Assembly (NCBI GenBank): GCA_964343725.1
Contig: CAYFLF010000001.1
Location: forward strand, 1-42,449
Source of the DNA: an uncultured Bordetella sp.
GTDB lineage: Bacteria > Pseudomonadota > Gammaproteobacteria > Burkholderiales > Burkholderiaceae_C
Length of the DNA: 42,449 nucleotides
Direction of reading: 5' to 3'
Made by a program: the position numbers and the translations under genes. This document shows, piece by piece, positions 8,884-20,392 of the stretch. The notes beneath the pieces are model-generated. The model made no database searches, was not told the DNA's origin, and was given only the letters and a program-made list of their open reading frames with translations. Numbering within the stretch: the first letter of the stretch is position 1; every line of letters begins with the position of its first letter.

Positions 8884-9165
8884 TTACCAGCGCTTGGTTT
8901 TGATGTTGTGAACGTGTGCGTGCTCGCCGACTTTGATGGCCGAGACCACTTTGCCAATGTCAACACCGTATTTGATGACGGTGTCGCCCACTGCCAAGTC
9001 CTTCATGGCCACTTTGTGCCCCAAAGGAATATCGGCTTTACATGGAATTTCGATGGTCCTATCTTCATCGAGGATGAGCGCCGTCAAGGTCGAACCGGCC
9101 TTGACGTTCTCTGTTACAACCACCGCAACGCTGTCGTGCGGGTCATGTAAAACACAATGGATCAT
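8884..9165 (-). CDS. suyA: (2R)-sulfolactate sulfo-lyase alpha subunit (SAF domain)
   Basis: DIPLGHKVA...VIKYGVDIG...GEHAHVHNIKTKRW, 93 aa, directly upstream of suyB. Confidence 0.9.
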   Translation of the reverse strand: MIHCVLHDPHDSVAVVVTENVKAGSTLTALILDEDRTIEIPCKADIPLGHKVAMKDLAVGDTVIKYGVDIGKVVSAIKVGEHAHVHNIKTKRW

Positions 9166-9214
9166 TGAAAACTCCTTTTAAAAATCCCTGTAAAAACAAA
9201 AAGACAGCCATGCA

Positions 9215-10216
9215 TCAAGGCATCAGCACCACTTTGCTACTCGCCAGAGCGCCACTGTCCAATTCAGAAAAAGCCCGAGGGCCGTCAGCAAGCGACATGC
9301 TGCTAACCCACGAAAGATCACCAAACACACCATCGCGCAACAAAGCCACAGTGGCCCGCAAGTCGGCGGTGCTGTAGGTATATGTGCCCATCAAGGTGAT
9401 TTCAGCCAGGGTGAGTTTACGCATGTCAATTTCACTGGCCCAATCTTGCAGGCCGATGTGCATCACCACGCCACCTGGCTTGACCGCGCGCAAGGCGGCT
9501 TCGCGGGTGATTTTGCTGCCCACGGCATCGATCACGTAGTCAAAACCATTCTCTTGGGGCTGGGTTTCGCGAGGGTCATAGGTGCTGACTTGCGCGTGGG
9601 TTTCGATCGACTTGCGTCGCAAGGGATTGACTTCTGCCAACACTGTTTGGCGGCAACCATAAGACTTCAGCAACAAGGCGGCCAGCATGCCTATTGCGCC
9701 ACCTCCCAAAATGAGGGTTCGGTTTTCTGGCAAAGGACGGGCCATGGCGCGCATGCTGAGGTTGATGGCGTGTAAGGCAGTGGCCGCTGGTTCGGTCAGG
9801 GCTGCGTGCAATGCCGGCATGTCTTGTGGAATTTCCACCAATGAGGCGGCTGGAATGGACATACGCTGGGCAAAAGCGCCAGGGCGTGTCATGCCCACCA
9901 TGGTGCGGTGGCTGCATAAATTGTCACGCCCTTGCACGCAGTAATCACAGGTGCCACAGGTAATAAGAGGATTGCCAGTAAAGCGCTGGCCAATCGCAAA
10001 ACCAGGGGCCGCGCTTTGCACGATCTTGCCGCAAAACTCGTGGCCCAAAACCAAGCCTGGTTTGCGCCGAGGATCATGTCCATGGTAGGCATGCATATCT
10101 GAGCCACAGATGCCCACGGCCTCGATTTCCAAAATCACCTCGCCAGATACAAGCTGTGGTTCGGGTTGATCCTGCAGTTGCACTTCGTTGGGTTGGGTAT
10201 AGACCAAGGCTTTCAT
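9215..10216 (-). CDS. hpsP: Zn-dependent alcohol dehydrogenase, DHPS dehydrogenase HpsP-like
   Basis: From ATG 10216 (MKALVY): GICGSD, GHE, CGTCDYCxxGxxxxC, GGGAIG; context with hpsN and hpsO. Confidence 0.8.
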   Translation of the reverse strand: MKALVYTQPNEVQLQDQPEPQLVSGEVILEIEAVGICGSDMHAYHGHDPRRKPGLVLGHEFCGKIVQSAAPGFAIGQRFTGNPLITCGTCDYCVQGRDNLCSHRTMVGMTRPGAFAQRMSIPAASLVEIPQDMPALHAALTEPAATALHAINLSMRAMARPLPENRTLILGGGAIGMLAALLLKSYGCRQTVLAEVNPLRRKSIETHAQVSTYDPRETQPQENGFDYVIDAVGSKITREAALRAVKPGGVVMHIGLQDWASEIDMRKLTLAEITLMGTYTYSTADLRATVALLRDGVFGDLSWVSSMSLADGPRAFSELDSGALASSKVVLMP

Positions 10217-10229
10217 TTCTTTACTACCT

Positions 10230-11408
10230 CTATATAAGAACATGGCTACTTGACTTTTGACGGGCAACTTTGAGGAAGTCCGTCATGAAGGCTGCCAAAA
10301 CTTCGGTTTGTTGCACGCTCACGCCGTTGTACAAACTTGCCCTCAAGTATTGACCAACGCCAAAGGGGGTCAGCGTTCTCAAGCCCACGATTCCCCGCTC
10401 CCAGCCTTGAATTAAAAATTCTTGGGTGATTTTCTCGTCACCACCGGCCACATTAAATGGGACGTTCATCCGGCTACGAATCGATGGATCGGCAATCGGG
10501 GTGCCATAGAACCCGTCTGACTGGTCGATCAGCTCATACAGCATGGCAGACTTGGCGATCGACCGGCGTTCCATCTCTTTCACCCCTCCTTGGTCGATCA
10601 ACCATTGCAGATAGATGTTGACCACCTCCACATTGAAGGTGGCAATGGTGTTCCACAAATTGCCATCATGAATATTGGTGGAGTAGCAAAGAACCCCCGG
10701 GCATTGTGGGCTTGGTGTGCCCAACAAGTCCTTACGAATCACACACAAGGTAATGCCAGGATGTCCGAGGTTTTTGGACGCACAGGCATAGAGCACGCCC
10801 ACGTTGCAACCCAGCCAATCAATCGGCTTGGTAGAAAAGTCTGAAGACGCATCCACTACCAAGGGGGCATCGATAGCCAATTTAGGTAACTGGTGCAACT
10901 CGATGCCGTTGACGGTCTCGTTAGAGCAGAGATGCACATACTTGGATGCCGGGTCCAAGTTGTCAAACGATGGATTGTGGGTAAAGCTGCCGTCTGGGTT
11001 TTCAGAAGAAATAACAATGGGCTTGCAGTATTTAGACGCCTCGCTCAGGGCGCGCTTAGACCAAGAACCATTGACCAAGTAGGTGGCTTTTTCATCCCCC
11101 TTGGGGCACAGATTGAGCGGGACAGCAGCAAACTGGCCATGGCCACCTCCGTGCATGAACACAATTTCATACGCATTTGGGATATCCATCGCAATGCGAC
11201 AACGTTGCACCGCGCTGTGGAGAATGTCCAAAAATTCTGGAGATCGGTGCGAGAGATACATCGAACACATGCGCGGTGCGTCAAACAATGCCTTGATCTC
11301 GGCCTCGACCTCGGCAGCAAGCGAGGCTGGCCCAGGGCTAAAGTTCAAGGGCTTGACCCCTTTGGGTGGAAGCAAGGATCCAAGCAGAGCCGGATGGGTG
11401 TCTTTCAT
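10230..11408 (-). CDS. Divergent phosphoserine aminotransferase (SerC)-family class V PLP enzyme
   Basis: NFSPGP, SHRS, GGGHGQF, SNETVNG, DASSD, SKNLG (PLP Lys), [19 protein letters not shown] overlap with hpsO. Confidence 0.88.
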   Translation of the reverse strand: MKDTHPALLGSLLPPKGVKPLNFSPGPASLAAEVEAEIKALFDAPRMCSMYLSHRSPEFLDILHSAVQRCRIAMDIPNAYEIVFMHGGGHGQFAAVPLNLCPKGDEKATYLVNGSWSKRALSEASKYCKPIVISSENPDGSFTHNPSFDNLDPASKYVHLCSNETVNGIELHQLPKLAIDAPLVVDASSDFSTKPIDWLGCNVGVLYACASKNLGHPGITLCVIRKDLLGTPSPQCPGVLCYSTNIHDGNLWNTIATFNVEVVNIYLQWLIDQGGVKEMERRSIAKSAMLYELIDQSDGFYGTPIADPSIRSRMNVPFNVAGGDEKITQEFLIQGWERGIVGLRTLTPFGVGQYLRASLYNGVSVQQTEVLAAFMTDFLKVARQKSSSHVLI

Positions 11409-12172
11409 TTTGCCGAGTACCCTCCATCGAGCATCAGCGTTTGACCGGTCACATAGGCTGAGGCATCGCTGGCAAGAAACACTGTCATCCCATCCACATC
11501 GCGCAACTGGCCGTTACGCCCCAAGCAAGTTTGGGCGGCATGGCGTTCTGCCAGCGCGGCATCTGCAAAGACGGGCGCCGTGAGAGCAGTTGGAAAAAAC
11601 CCAGGACCAATCGCATTGCATGTAATACCAAAGGGGCCCCACTCCACCGCGATGGCGCGCGTCAACTGCACAATGCCGCCTTTGCCCGCGCCATAGGGCG
11701 CACTGTTGGGAAAAGCGCGGTAACTTTGCAAACTCGCCACATTGATAATGCGCCCCCAGCCACGTTGCTTCATGCCTGGCGCCAAAGCTTGGGTGAGAAA
11801 AAACGGCGCACTCAGGTGCACATCAATTTGCGCCTGCCAACTCTCGATCGACACATCTGCAAATGGCTCACGCAAATTAACGCCAGCCGCATTGACCAAG
11901 ATATCGACCGCATGGTGCTGCAACACCTGTTGTGCCAATGACTTGGCCAACGCGGGTTGCGAAACATCACATGCGTAGGCATGTGCCTCTACGCCAGATG
12001 CTTTCAGACTCTCAGTGGCTTTGTCTAACTCAGCTTGTCGTCGCGCCACTAACAATATGCGAGCGCCAGCCTCACCAAGTGCACGCGCCATGGCTTGCCC
12101 TAGTCCCGAGCTAGCCCCCGTGACCAGTGCAGTTTTGCCATGCAAATCAAACAATGAACGCGAGTCAGCCAT
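11405..12172 (-). CDS. hpsO: SDR oxidoreductase, DHPS dehydrogenase HpsO-like
   Basis: [12 protein letters not shown] (NADP-type), NAAG, YGAGK catalytic motif; directly after hpsN. Confidence 0.8.
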   Translation of the reverse strand: MADSRSLFDLHGKTALVTGASSGLGQAMARALGEAGARILLVARRQAELDKATESLKASGVEAHAYACDVSQPALAKSLAQQVLQHHAVDILVNAAGVNLREPFADVSIESWQAQIDVHLSAPFFLTQALAPGMKQRGWGRIINVASLQSYRAFPNSAPYGAGKGGIVQLTRAIAVEWGPFGITCNAIGPGFFPTALTAPVFADAALAERHAAQTCLGRNGQLRDVDGMTVFLASDASAYVTGQTLMLDGGYSAK

Positions 12173-12219
12173 GCTGGGCTTTCAAAGCGCGCGCATTAGT
12201 GCAGAGTCGAGGGGGTCTG

Positions 12220-13548
<1,329 letters not shown>

Positions 13549-13614
13549 CTATGGCGCGACAAGACCAAAGGTCTAGTCGCCAGTTACTTCTCACTTTGTG
13601 TTGCCCAACGAGAT

Positions 13615-13645
13615 GCACACGCCACCCATTAAAGGGGGCGCATGC
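13615..13645 (-). other. Intergenic stem-loop after the binding-protein gene (possible mRNA stabiliser or pause site)
   Basis: Minus-strand RNA GCAUGCGCCCCC-UUUAAU-GGGUGGCGUGUGC pairs fully using two G-U pairs and one bulge; no U-tract follows. Confidence 0.45.
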
Positions 13646-13661
13646 TTGCATAACGGTGAGA

Positions 13662-14720
13662 TCAGCGGGTGGAGTTTGCGAAATCGCGCAGTTTGGCGTC
13701 GGCTTGCACCATCTTCAAGTATTCGTCGGTCACGTAGTCCGCCACATTGGGCACTTGTTGCACCGCGCCGGTTTCACGAATGAATAAGGACAGTTCGTTG
13801 AACCATTTGTCAATTTCTGAGCCAGAGCCAGAGCGGTCCATAGCCTTGAGTTGTTGAGCCAAGGTGAAGGTGGGGCGGGTTTCAAACTCTTTGTTCATCG
13901 CCGCGTCGCTGATACTCACGCCCCCTTTGGCGTAGAAGTCTTTCATCATGCGAATGGCTTCTGGACGGTTGGCACCCATCCAGCTCCAAGCACGCAAATA
14001 CACCGCCAAGAATTTGGCTACGTTTTGCGGGTTTTGTTTGGCATAGTCGCCACGCGCAATCAGGGCGCCAGGCACGATGGCACCACTGTCTTTGCCACTG
14101 CAAAGCATCTTGGCACCTGCTTTTTCCTCTACGGTGTAGGTGTTGGGTGCCCACATGCCCGCTAAATCGGTGTTGTTAGACGACAAGGCAGAAATGATCT
14201 CGGCTTGTCCCATGTTTTTCATGACCACGTCCGCCTTTTTCAGACCGTACTTTTTCAAGCAAGCCTGTACCGCAAAGTCAGCGGTGGAGTTTTGCGTCAG
14301 GGTGATGGTTTTGCCACGCAAAGTACCCGCTGGGTCTTTGGCGAAATCGGCGGCAGCTTTGCCACTACCGATCAAACCGTTAGCCGCCGATTCGTCGTTG
14401 GATACACCAATGGTTTTGATGCCAAAACGCACATGCCCAAGAACTGCGGGAACAGAGCCTGTGCCACCCACATCCCAAGAGCCAGCAGCGGCAGCCGCAA
14501 TTTGCGGAACACCCGCTGGGAAAGTGGAGAACTCAGGCGCAAGACCAACGTCCTTCCACCAGCCCTTTTCAGAGGCGATGTGAAAAGGCAAGGCCCAATA
14601 AAGCGAAGGTTGGTAGCTGACCTTGATCGGCGTGAGGGCTTGAGCCTGCGCCATGGTGTGCATACCCATTGTCAGTGCTACGCCGAGAGCCACCGCTGTG
14701 ATTGACTTTTTCATTTTCAT
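13662..14720 (-). CDS. ABC transporter periplasmic binding protein (SsuA/TauA/NitT type)
   Basis: Signal peptide MKMKKSITAVALG...AQA after a GGAG RBS; FHIASEKGWWKDVGL; adjacent to ATPase and permeases. Confidence 0.9.
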   Translation of the reverse strand: MKMKKSITAVALGVALTMGMHTMAQAQALTPIKVSYQPSLYWALPFHIASEKGWWKDVGLAPEFSTFPAGVPQIAAAAAGSWDVGGTGSVPAVLGHVRFGIKTIGVSNDESAANGLIGSGKAAADFAKDPAGTLRGKTITLTQNSTADFAVQACLKKYGLKKADVVMKNMGQAEIISALSSNNTDLAGMWAPNTYTVEEKAGAKMLCSGKDSGAIVPGALIARGDYAKQNPQNVAKFLAVYLRAWSWMGANRPEAIRMMKDFYAKGGVSISDAAMNKEFETRPTFTLAQQLKAMDRSGSGSEIDKWFNELSLFIRETGAVQQVPNVADYVTDEYLKMVQADAKLRDFANSTR

Positions 14721-14748
14721 GTCTCCAAGTAGTGAGGGGTTAAGAATT

Positions 14749-15546
14749 TCAATGATCTGTGCCTGCGTGCTCTTCACGCAACGACTTCCAGATACGCGTA
14801 CGAAGATGCACAAAACTCTCTAAGTCCATGACATCTTCAATCTTGCTGTAACGGTCCCAGTTTTCGGATTCACGAACGACCTTCACATCAAGAATTTCTT
14901 TGATCTTTCCAGGGCGACTGGTCATGATCACGACCCGATCCGCCAGGTACACGGCTTCTTCCACCGCATGGGTGATGAACAGCACGGTACGGGGGTTTTT
15001 GCGCGCGAGTTTGACTAACTCTTCCTGCATGACCACACGGGTCTGGGCGTCCAAAGCACCAAAAGGCTCGTCCATCAGCAAGACTTGCGGGTCGAGCGCA
15101 TAGGCGCGCGCAATGGCCACACGTTGTTGCATACCCCCTGAGAGTTGGTGCGGAAAAGCGCTTTCGTAGCCTTGCAAATTCATCAAACCGATGTAGTGCG
15201 TGGTCAACTGGTGCCGCTCGGCCTCTGGCAGGCCTTTGCTCCGCAACCCGAAGTCGATGTTTTCATAAACCGACTTCCATGGAAAGAGAGCAAACTGTTG
15301 AAACACCACCGCACGGTCAGGACCGGGTTTCGTCACCACCTCATGGTTGACTTGCACCGTCCCAGAGCTTGGAAACTCCAATCCAGCGGCCATTCGCATG
15401 CAGGTGGTTTTGCCGCAACCCGATGGCCCCACGATGGCAACGAACTCTTGGTCTTGCACCGTGAGGTTGATGCCATCAAGCGAGGTGAAATCTTTGCCAT
15501 CACGCTGAAAAATGCGGGTGACTTCACTGAACTGTATGACTGCCAT
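14749..15546 (-). CDS. ABC transporter ATPase (TauB/SsuB type)
   Basis: GPSGCGKT, LSGGMQQR, LLMDEPFGALD. Confidence 0.95.
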   Translation of the reverse strand: MAVIQFSEVTRIFQRDGKDFTSLDGINLTVQDQEFVAIVGPSGCGKTTCMRMAAGLEFPSSGTVQVNHEVVTKPGPDRAVVFQQFALFPWKSVYENIDFGLRSKGLPEAERHQLTTHYIGLMNLQGYESAFPHQLSGGMQQRVAIARAYALDPQVLLMDEPFGALDAQTRVVMQEELVKLARKNPRTVLFITHAVEEAVYLADRVVIMTSRPGKIKEILDVKVVRESENWDRYSKIEDVMDLESFVHLRTRIWKSLREEHAGTDH

Positions 15547-15588
15547 GTATCTGCGCTTTCCTTATAAATGCAATGTAGAAAACACCCG

Positions 15589-16368
15589 TTAAGCGTTGCG
15601 ATGCTTTAACAACCAGCGCTCCAAACGCCGCAACAACACATCGATCACCACCCCCACCAATCCAATGGCAATCATGCCTGCCATGACGGTGTCCGTCGCA
15701 ATCGCACTTTGGGCGCGCACGATCAAATTACCCATACCACTGCTTGCTGCAATCAACTCCGCACCAACCAGCGACATCCAACCAAGGCCAGCCCCAATAC
15801 GCAAACCAGCAATGATCGACGGTACGGCAGCGGGAAACAGGACATCGGTGATCATGCGAAAACTGCCAACACCCAACACACTCGCCGCCTCCAGATACAG
15901 CACGTCTACATTGCGGGCACCACGGTAAGCATTGATCAAACAAGGCGGAAAGGCCCCCGCAAAAATGATGAGAGCTGGACCACCAGCGCCTGTCCCAAAC
16001 CAAAGCGCGGCAAAAGGTACCCAGGCGACAGGTGCAATAAAACGCAAGGCATCAAATAGCGGAGTCACCACATCATCGAGCCAACGAAACCACCCCATGG
16101 CCAATCCCAGCGGGACACCGATCAGCACAGCTAAACCAAAACCCGAAAAAAAACGACGCAAGCTAGCCACCATGTGCGCGTCTAAGGTGGCTCCTGCAAA
16201 AGGCTGCTGAAACAAGTTAAAAAATTTCAACACCACCTCGTGTGGCATGGGTAAAAACTGAGGGGGCGTGACGTTCAAAAAACGAGCGGCATACCAGACC
16301 AACAAAAAGCCCAACGTCCCCAAAATGGTGAGACGCACAAAATCTTTTTGAGGCAGTCGTTGGTTCAA
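15589..16368 (-). CDS. ABC transporter permease (TauC/SsuC type)
   Basis: IAPVAWVP, EAASVLG, LVGAELIAA. Probable TTG start at 16368 overlapping the upstream TGA. Confidence 0.92.
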   Translation of the reverse strand: MNQRLPQKDFVRLTILGTLGFLLVWYAARFLNVTPPQFLPMPHEVVLKFFNLFQQPFAGATLDAHMVASLRRFFSGFGLAVLIGVPLGLAMGWFRWLDDVVTPLFDALRFIAPVAWVPFAALWFGTGAGGPALIIFAGAFPPCLINAYRGARNVDVLYLEAASVLGVGSFRMITDVLFPAAVPSIIAGLRIGAGLGWMSLVGAELIAASSGMGNLIVRAQSAIATDTVMAGMIAIGLVGVVIDVLLRRLERWLLKHRNA

Positions 16369-17165
16369 GCAGCCACCCTCCCCCTGCGCCAAGGCATGGA
16401 TCGGTTTTCAACTTGTCCCAATAGCCAAGTGGTGCTTGCTCCGCAGAGACCCACAAATACCATCGCCACCAAAATCATGGCTGGAAAGATGTCTTGTGCA
16501 GCTTGATTCAAGATGCTGCCCAATCCATACAGTGCGCCAATCAACTCAGCTGCCACCAGCGTGGTCCAACTGGCCTGAAGTGATAAGCGCAAACCAGTGA
16601 AGATCATTGGCAAAGCCCCAGGCACCAACACCTCAACGACCAAGCGCCAACCGCGCACCCCCAACATTTGCGCGGCCTCCGTCACGGGGGTATCGATATT
16701 GCGCACACCGGTATAGCTATTGATCACAGAGGGAACAAACGCCGCCACAAAAATCACCAAAATTTTGGAAGCATCTTCTAACCCAAGCCAAACAATCGCC
16801 AACGGGATCCATGCCAAAGGGGGGATGGGACGCAACAGTAAAAAAGCGGGATTGATCAGCGCCTCAGCACGGCGTGAATGTCCCATCCAAATTCCAAGGG
16901 ATACCCCAACCGTCACAGCCACCGCAAACCCCATCGCCACCAGTTTCAAACTGTGCAGGACGTGTTGAATGAGTCGACCGTTGCCATAGCCCTCTTCATG
17001 AATAAAAACAAAGGCCTTCCACACCTCATCGGGGCGCGGAAATCGTGCGGGATTGATCCAGCCAAAGACCATCGAACTCGCGTACCACAGCAGCAAGATA
17101 GTCAGCACCGTGAAAGCACCGACCCAAGTTCGTCTGATACTTTTTTGCTTGGTGGTTGTCACCAT
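16365..17165 (-). CDS. ABC transporter permease (TauC/SsuC type)
   Basis: LRPIPPLAWIP, EAAQMLG, LVAAELIG; AAGGAG RBS upstream. Confidence 0.93.
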   Translation of the reverse strand: MVTTTKQKSIRRTWVGAFTVLTILLLWYASSMVFGWINPARFPRPDEVWKAFVFIHEEGYGNGRLIQHVLHSLKLVAMGFAVAVTVGVSLGIWMGHSRRAEALINPAFLLLRPIPPLAWIPLAIVWLGLEDASKILVIFVAAFVPSVINSYTGVRNIDTPVTEAAQMLGVRGWRLVVEVLVPGALPMIFTGLRLSLQASWTTLVAAELIGALYGLGSILNQAAQDIFPAMILVAMVFVGLCGASTTWLLGQVENRSMPWRRGRVAA

Positions 17166-17184
17166 CGCTCCTTGCGTTCTAGAA

Positions 17185-17198
17185 TGTAAACGCTTTCA
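17185..17198. promoter_or_regulatory. LacI-family operator
   Basis: TGTAAACGCTTTCA fits TGWAANCGNTTWCA; lies between the ABC operon start and the divergent LacI gene. Confidence 0.75.
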
Positions 17199-17201
17199 CA
17201 A

Positions 17202-17230
17202 ATTCTCAATCCAAGCCGCCCCTTTGTCAA
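17202..17230 (-). promoter_or_regulatory. Sigma70-type promoter of the ABC-hps operon
   Basis: Minus strand TTGACA (17230-17225), 17 bp spacer, GAGAAT (17207-17202). Confidence 0.65.
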
Positions 17231-17341
17231 TAAATTTTGAACAAATAATTTAAAAGTTCAGGGAAAACACCGATAAAAAATGCCCCCAATACCTAAGCTT
17301 TTGAGCCCATTAAGCCCCCCTCCAATTTCGGCTAGGACCGC

Positions 17342-18388
17342 ATGAACCAAAGGGCCACGATTGACGATGTTGCGAAGTTGGCTGGCGTCTCGATCGCCAC
17401 AGTTTCGCGTGTCATTAGTAAATCCGATCGGGTACGCGCAAGCACTCGCGAACAAGTTTTACAGGCGATTGAGGACTTGCATTACCAACCCGACGCATCC
17501 GCGCGTGCTTTGGCCTCGGGCCGTACCTATACGGTGGGTTGTGTGATTCCGACTCTGGACCACTCCATCTTTGCCCGTGCCACACAAGCGATGCAAACCG
17601 TTTTATCGGATGCTGGATTTCAATTGCTGGTAGGAAGTTCAAACTACGAGAGCAATACCGAATTACAGGTGGTGCGCGCCTTTCAACAACGTGGGGTGGA
17701 CGCATTGGTATTGGTGGGAACTGACCACGCGGCTTCCATGTGGGATGCCGTCACGCAATGGGGCAAACCTGTGCTTTTGTCTTGGTCTTGTGATCCGCGC
17801 TTGCCATCAGTTGGGTTTGATAACGTGACTATTGCCAAGCATATGACTGAACATTTGTTGTCACTAGGTCATGAAAGAATTGCGGTAGTTTCTGGCTTTA
17901 CTGCAAACAATGATCGCGCACGAAGTCGCATACAAGGCGTTCGTCAAGCGCTTAGCGCGCATGGATTGCGTCTTCCCAAAGAACTACTGATTGAACAGTC
18001 TTACAACTTGCATGGTGGACGACTTGCCTTGCAACAGTTGATGCAATTGGATCAACCTCCCACCGCTATTTTTTGTGCCATGGATTTGCTTGCTGCTGGT
18101 GTGTTGCTAGAAGCGCAACGCTTGCAAATCGATGTGCCGCGCACCTTGTCTGTTTGCGGTATTGACAACCATGAACTTGCTGAAGTGATCAGCCCCGGCC
18201 TCACCACCATTAGCCTGCCCACTTATGAACTTGGCAGAATCACCGCGGAGCGTGTGCTTAGCGCATTGAGTGGCGAGACCATACCCTCACAAACCATCTT
18301 GCCTTTTGAACTCATCGTGCGCGGCAGCACAGCAAAAATGCGTGCAACTAAACGCCCACGCATAAGCCATGCAATGCACATCCATTAG
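17342..18388 (+). CDS. hpsR: LacI-family repressor, HpsR-like
   Basis: ATIDDVAKLAGVSIATVSRV HTH, YQPDASARAL hinge, periplasmic-binding-type domain; divergent from the hps operon. Confidence 0.8.
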   Translation: MNQRATIDDVAKLAGVSIATVSRVISKSDRVRASTREQVLQAIEDLHYQPDASARALASGRTYTVGCVIPTLDHSIFARATQAMQTVLSDAGFQLLVGSSNYESNTELQVVRAFQQRGVDALVLVGTDHAASMWDAVTQWGKPVLLSWSCDPRLPSVGFDNVTIAKHMTEHLLSLGHERIAVVSGFTANNDRARSRIQGVRQALSAHGLRLPKELLIEQSYNLHGGRLALQQLMQLDQPPTAIFCAMDLLAAGVLLEAQRLQIDVPRTLSVCGIDNHELAEVISPGLTTISLPTYELGRITAERVLSALSGETIPSQTILPFELIVRGSTAKMRATKRPRISHAMHIH

Positions 18389-18485
18389 TCAGGGCGGGTT
18401 AATACCGTGGTTGTTACTGCGGTGACTCACCTACGATTTACAGGTTTAAGAATTGAACAGGCGTATCGATAAAAGGATTTTTCCC

Positions 18486-19457
18486 ATGTCATTGAAGCTC
18501 AATCGTCGTCATTACCTAACTCTTGCCTTAGCAAGCGTGACAACTCAGTTACATGCACAAACTTGGCCTGTCAAACCCGTTCGACTCGTGGTCCCGTTTG
18601 CGCCTGGTGGTAGCACCGATGTGGTGGCGCGCATGCTGGGCCAAAAACTCACTGATATATGGGGACAGTCAGTGGTAATTGAAAACCGCGCTGGCGCTGG
18701 CGGCAATCTTGGCGCGGATGCGGTTGCCAAGTCTGCCCCTGATGGTCACACCTTGTTGTTTGCATCTGGCAGCATCACGATCAACCCAAGCATCTACACC
18801 AATATGCCATTTGACACAGTGCGAGATCTCACGCCGATCACCAATGTGGCTAGTGGCCCAATGTTGATAGTGGTCAACGACAAAGCACCTTGGCGTAACC
18901 TCAAAGACTTGATCCAAGATGCCAAAGCCAATCCTGGAAAAATCAACTTTGGCTCTGCTGGTATCGGAAGTCAAATTCACCTTGCCGCTGAAAATTTTGC
19001 CGATGCTGCTGGAATCGAAATCGCGCATGTTCCCTATAAAGGGGAAGCTTTGTCCTATAACGATCTAATCAGCCAACAAATTCAAATGATGGTGGGCAAT
19101 ATCGCTGCCGCGTCAGCATTGCTCGGGCCAGGGCGTTTACGCGCTTTAGCAGTCACTGGCTCAACGCGTTCTCCGTTATTGCCTGATGTACCCACCGTCG
19201 CTGAAAGTGGTATTGCACGCTTTGAAAACACGGGGTGGTTTGGTTTACTCGGTCCTGCTGGTTTACCTCGCCCCATTGTGGACAAAATCTACCAAGACTC
19301 CGTTCGCGCGATGAGTGACTCGCAAATAAAAGGTCGTTTATATGTGGCAGGAATGAAGCCTGTACTCAATAAGCCCGAGGAGCTAGCCTTGCAAATGGAT
19401 GCCGAACTTAAACGATGGGCGATAGTGGTAAAAAACCGAAAGATCAAAGCTAGTTGA
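18486..19457 (+). CDS. Bug/TctC tripartite tricarboxylate transporter receptor
   Basis: PFAPGGSTDVVAR, ENRAGAGG, GSAGIGSQIHL, HVPYKG. Confidence 0.93.
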   Translation: MSLKLNRRHYLTLALASVTTQLHAQTWPVKPVRLVVPFAPGGSTDVVARMLGQKLTDIWGQSVVIENRAGAGGNLGADAVAKSAPDGHTLLFASGSITINPSIYTNMPFDTVRDLTPITNVASGPMLIVVNDKAPWRNLKDLIQDAKANPGKINFGSAGIGSQIHLAAENFADAAGIEIAHVPYKGEALSYNDLISQQIQMMVGNIAAASALLGPGRLRALAVTGSTRSPLLPDVPTVAESGIARFENTGWFGLLGPAGLPRPIVDKIYQDSVRAMSDSQIKGRLYVAGMKPVLNKPEELALQMDAELKRWAIVVKNRKIKAS

Positions 19458-19519
19458 TAGCCAAGTTTTTTACCAAGAGACATAACGCAACACTGAACAA
19501 CTTGTTGCGACAAAATTAA

Positions 19520-20392
19520 TTGTTGCAGGCATGGATTGATCGCGCAGATATGCGACTCCAATTTGAAGATCAGCAGTTTCTCTTCGATCGCGTTGCTCAA
19601 GCGAGATCGCCTCTACCACCTCATTGGCTTGAGTGGTACTTGGAAGGAGTTGAACAAGCCCTCGGTGTTCTATCCGTTGAACGGGCCGAGTTGCTCAAAC
19701 AATGGTGGCCCGAGAATGCACCCATGGTGTATGAAAACCATCGCCTTGTCTGGCGTGCAGGCCATATGCAGGCTCATGAGCGTAGTCAATTGATTCAATC
19801 TGTGGCTGAAAAACTGCAAGCGTCCGGACACATCACGGGTTGGCGAAACGAGCACTACGATTGTTGGAGCAAAGACCAAGCCTCATGGCCTGATCCACCA
19901 AGCCCATTGTTTCAACTTGAACGCGCTGCCTACCGATTTTTTGGATTACGCAGTCACGCTTCTCATGTGCACGGTATGACCCTTGGTGGGCAAATGTGGT
20001 GTGGTCGTCGTTCCAGTCACAAAGCTACAGACCCGAATTTGCTAGACAACATGGCAGCTGGTGGGCTTCCAGCGGGCGAAGTTCCTCATGTTTGTGCATT
20101 ACGAGAAATACATGAAGAGGCGGGTCTTTTTCGTCATGCGTCTCAGCTAGTTTCTTATGGCGCAGTGACGACGGAGCGCGAAGTGCCAGAAGGTTGGCAT
20201 AGCGAAACAATTTTTGTCTACGGCACCACCCTAGCCAATCACGAAACCCCTCGCAATCTTGACGGCGAAGTAAGCGAATTCATGTGCTTAGACATATCCG
20301 AGGTACTAGAGCGTATGCGTAATAGAGAATTTACCCATGATGCTGCCTGCGCTATCGCGCTTTATTTACTCAATCAGGAGCCCCGCTCGTGA
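19520..20392 (+). CDS. NUDIX hydrolase with N-terminal DUF4743-like region (start uncertain)
   Basis: Nudix box [28 protein letters not shown] and ERAAYRFFG motifs. Confidence 0.85.
   Translation: MLQAWIDRADMRLQFEDQQFLFDRVAQARSPLPPHWLEWYLEGVEQALGVLSVERAELLKQWWPENAPMVYENHRLVWRAGHMQAHERSQLIQSVAEKLQASGHITGWRNEHYDCWSKDQASWPDPPSPLFQLERAAYRFFGLRSHASHVHGMTLGGQMWCGRRSSHKATDPNLLDNMAAGGLPAGEVPHVCALREIHEEAGLFRHASQLVSYGAVTTEREVPEGWHSETIFVYGTTLANHETPRNLDGEVSEFMCLDISEVLERMRNREFTHDAACAIALYLLNQEPRS

Noticed and set aside
7686..9165. Altronate/galactarate dehydratase (uxaA/garD)
   Set aside because: Split small/large architecture, HPYGRLQF and CGESD motifs and the sulfonate context fit SuyAB; no uronate genes are present.
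10230..11408. Housekeeping serC
   Set aside because: Lacks the GHR motif and the usual gyrA-serC-pheA context; gene symbol withheld.
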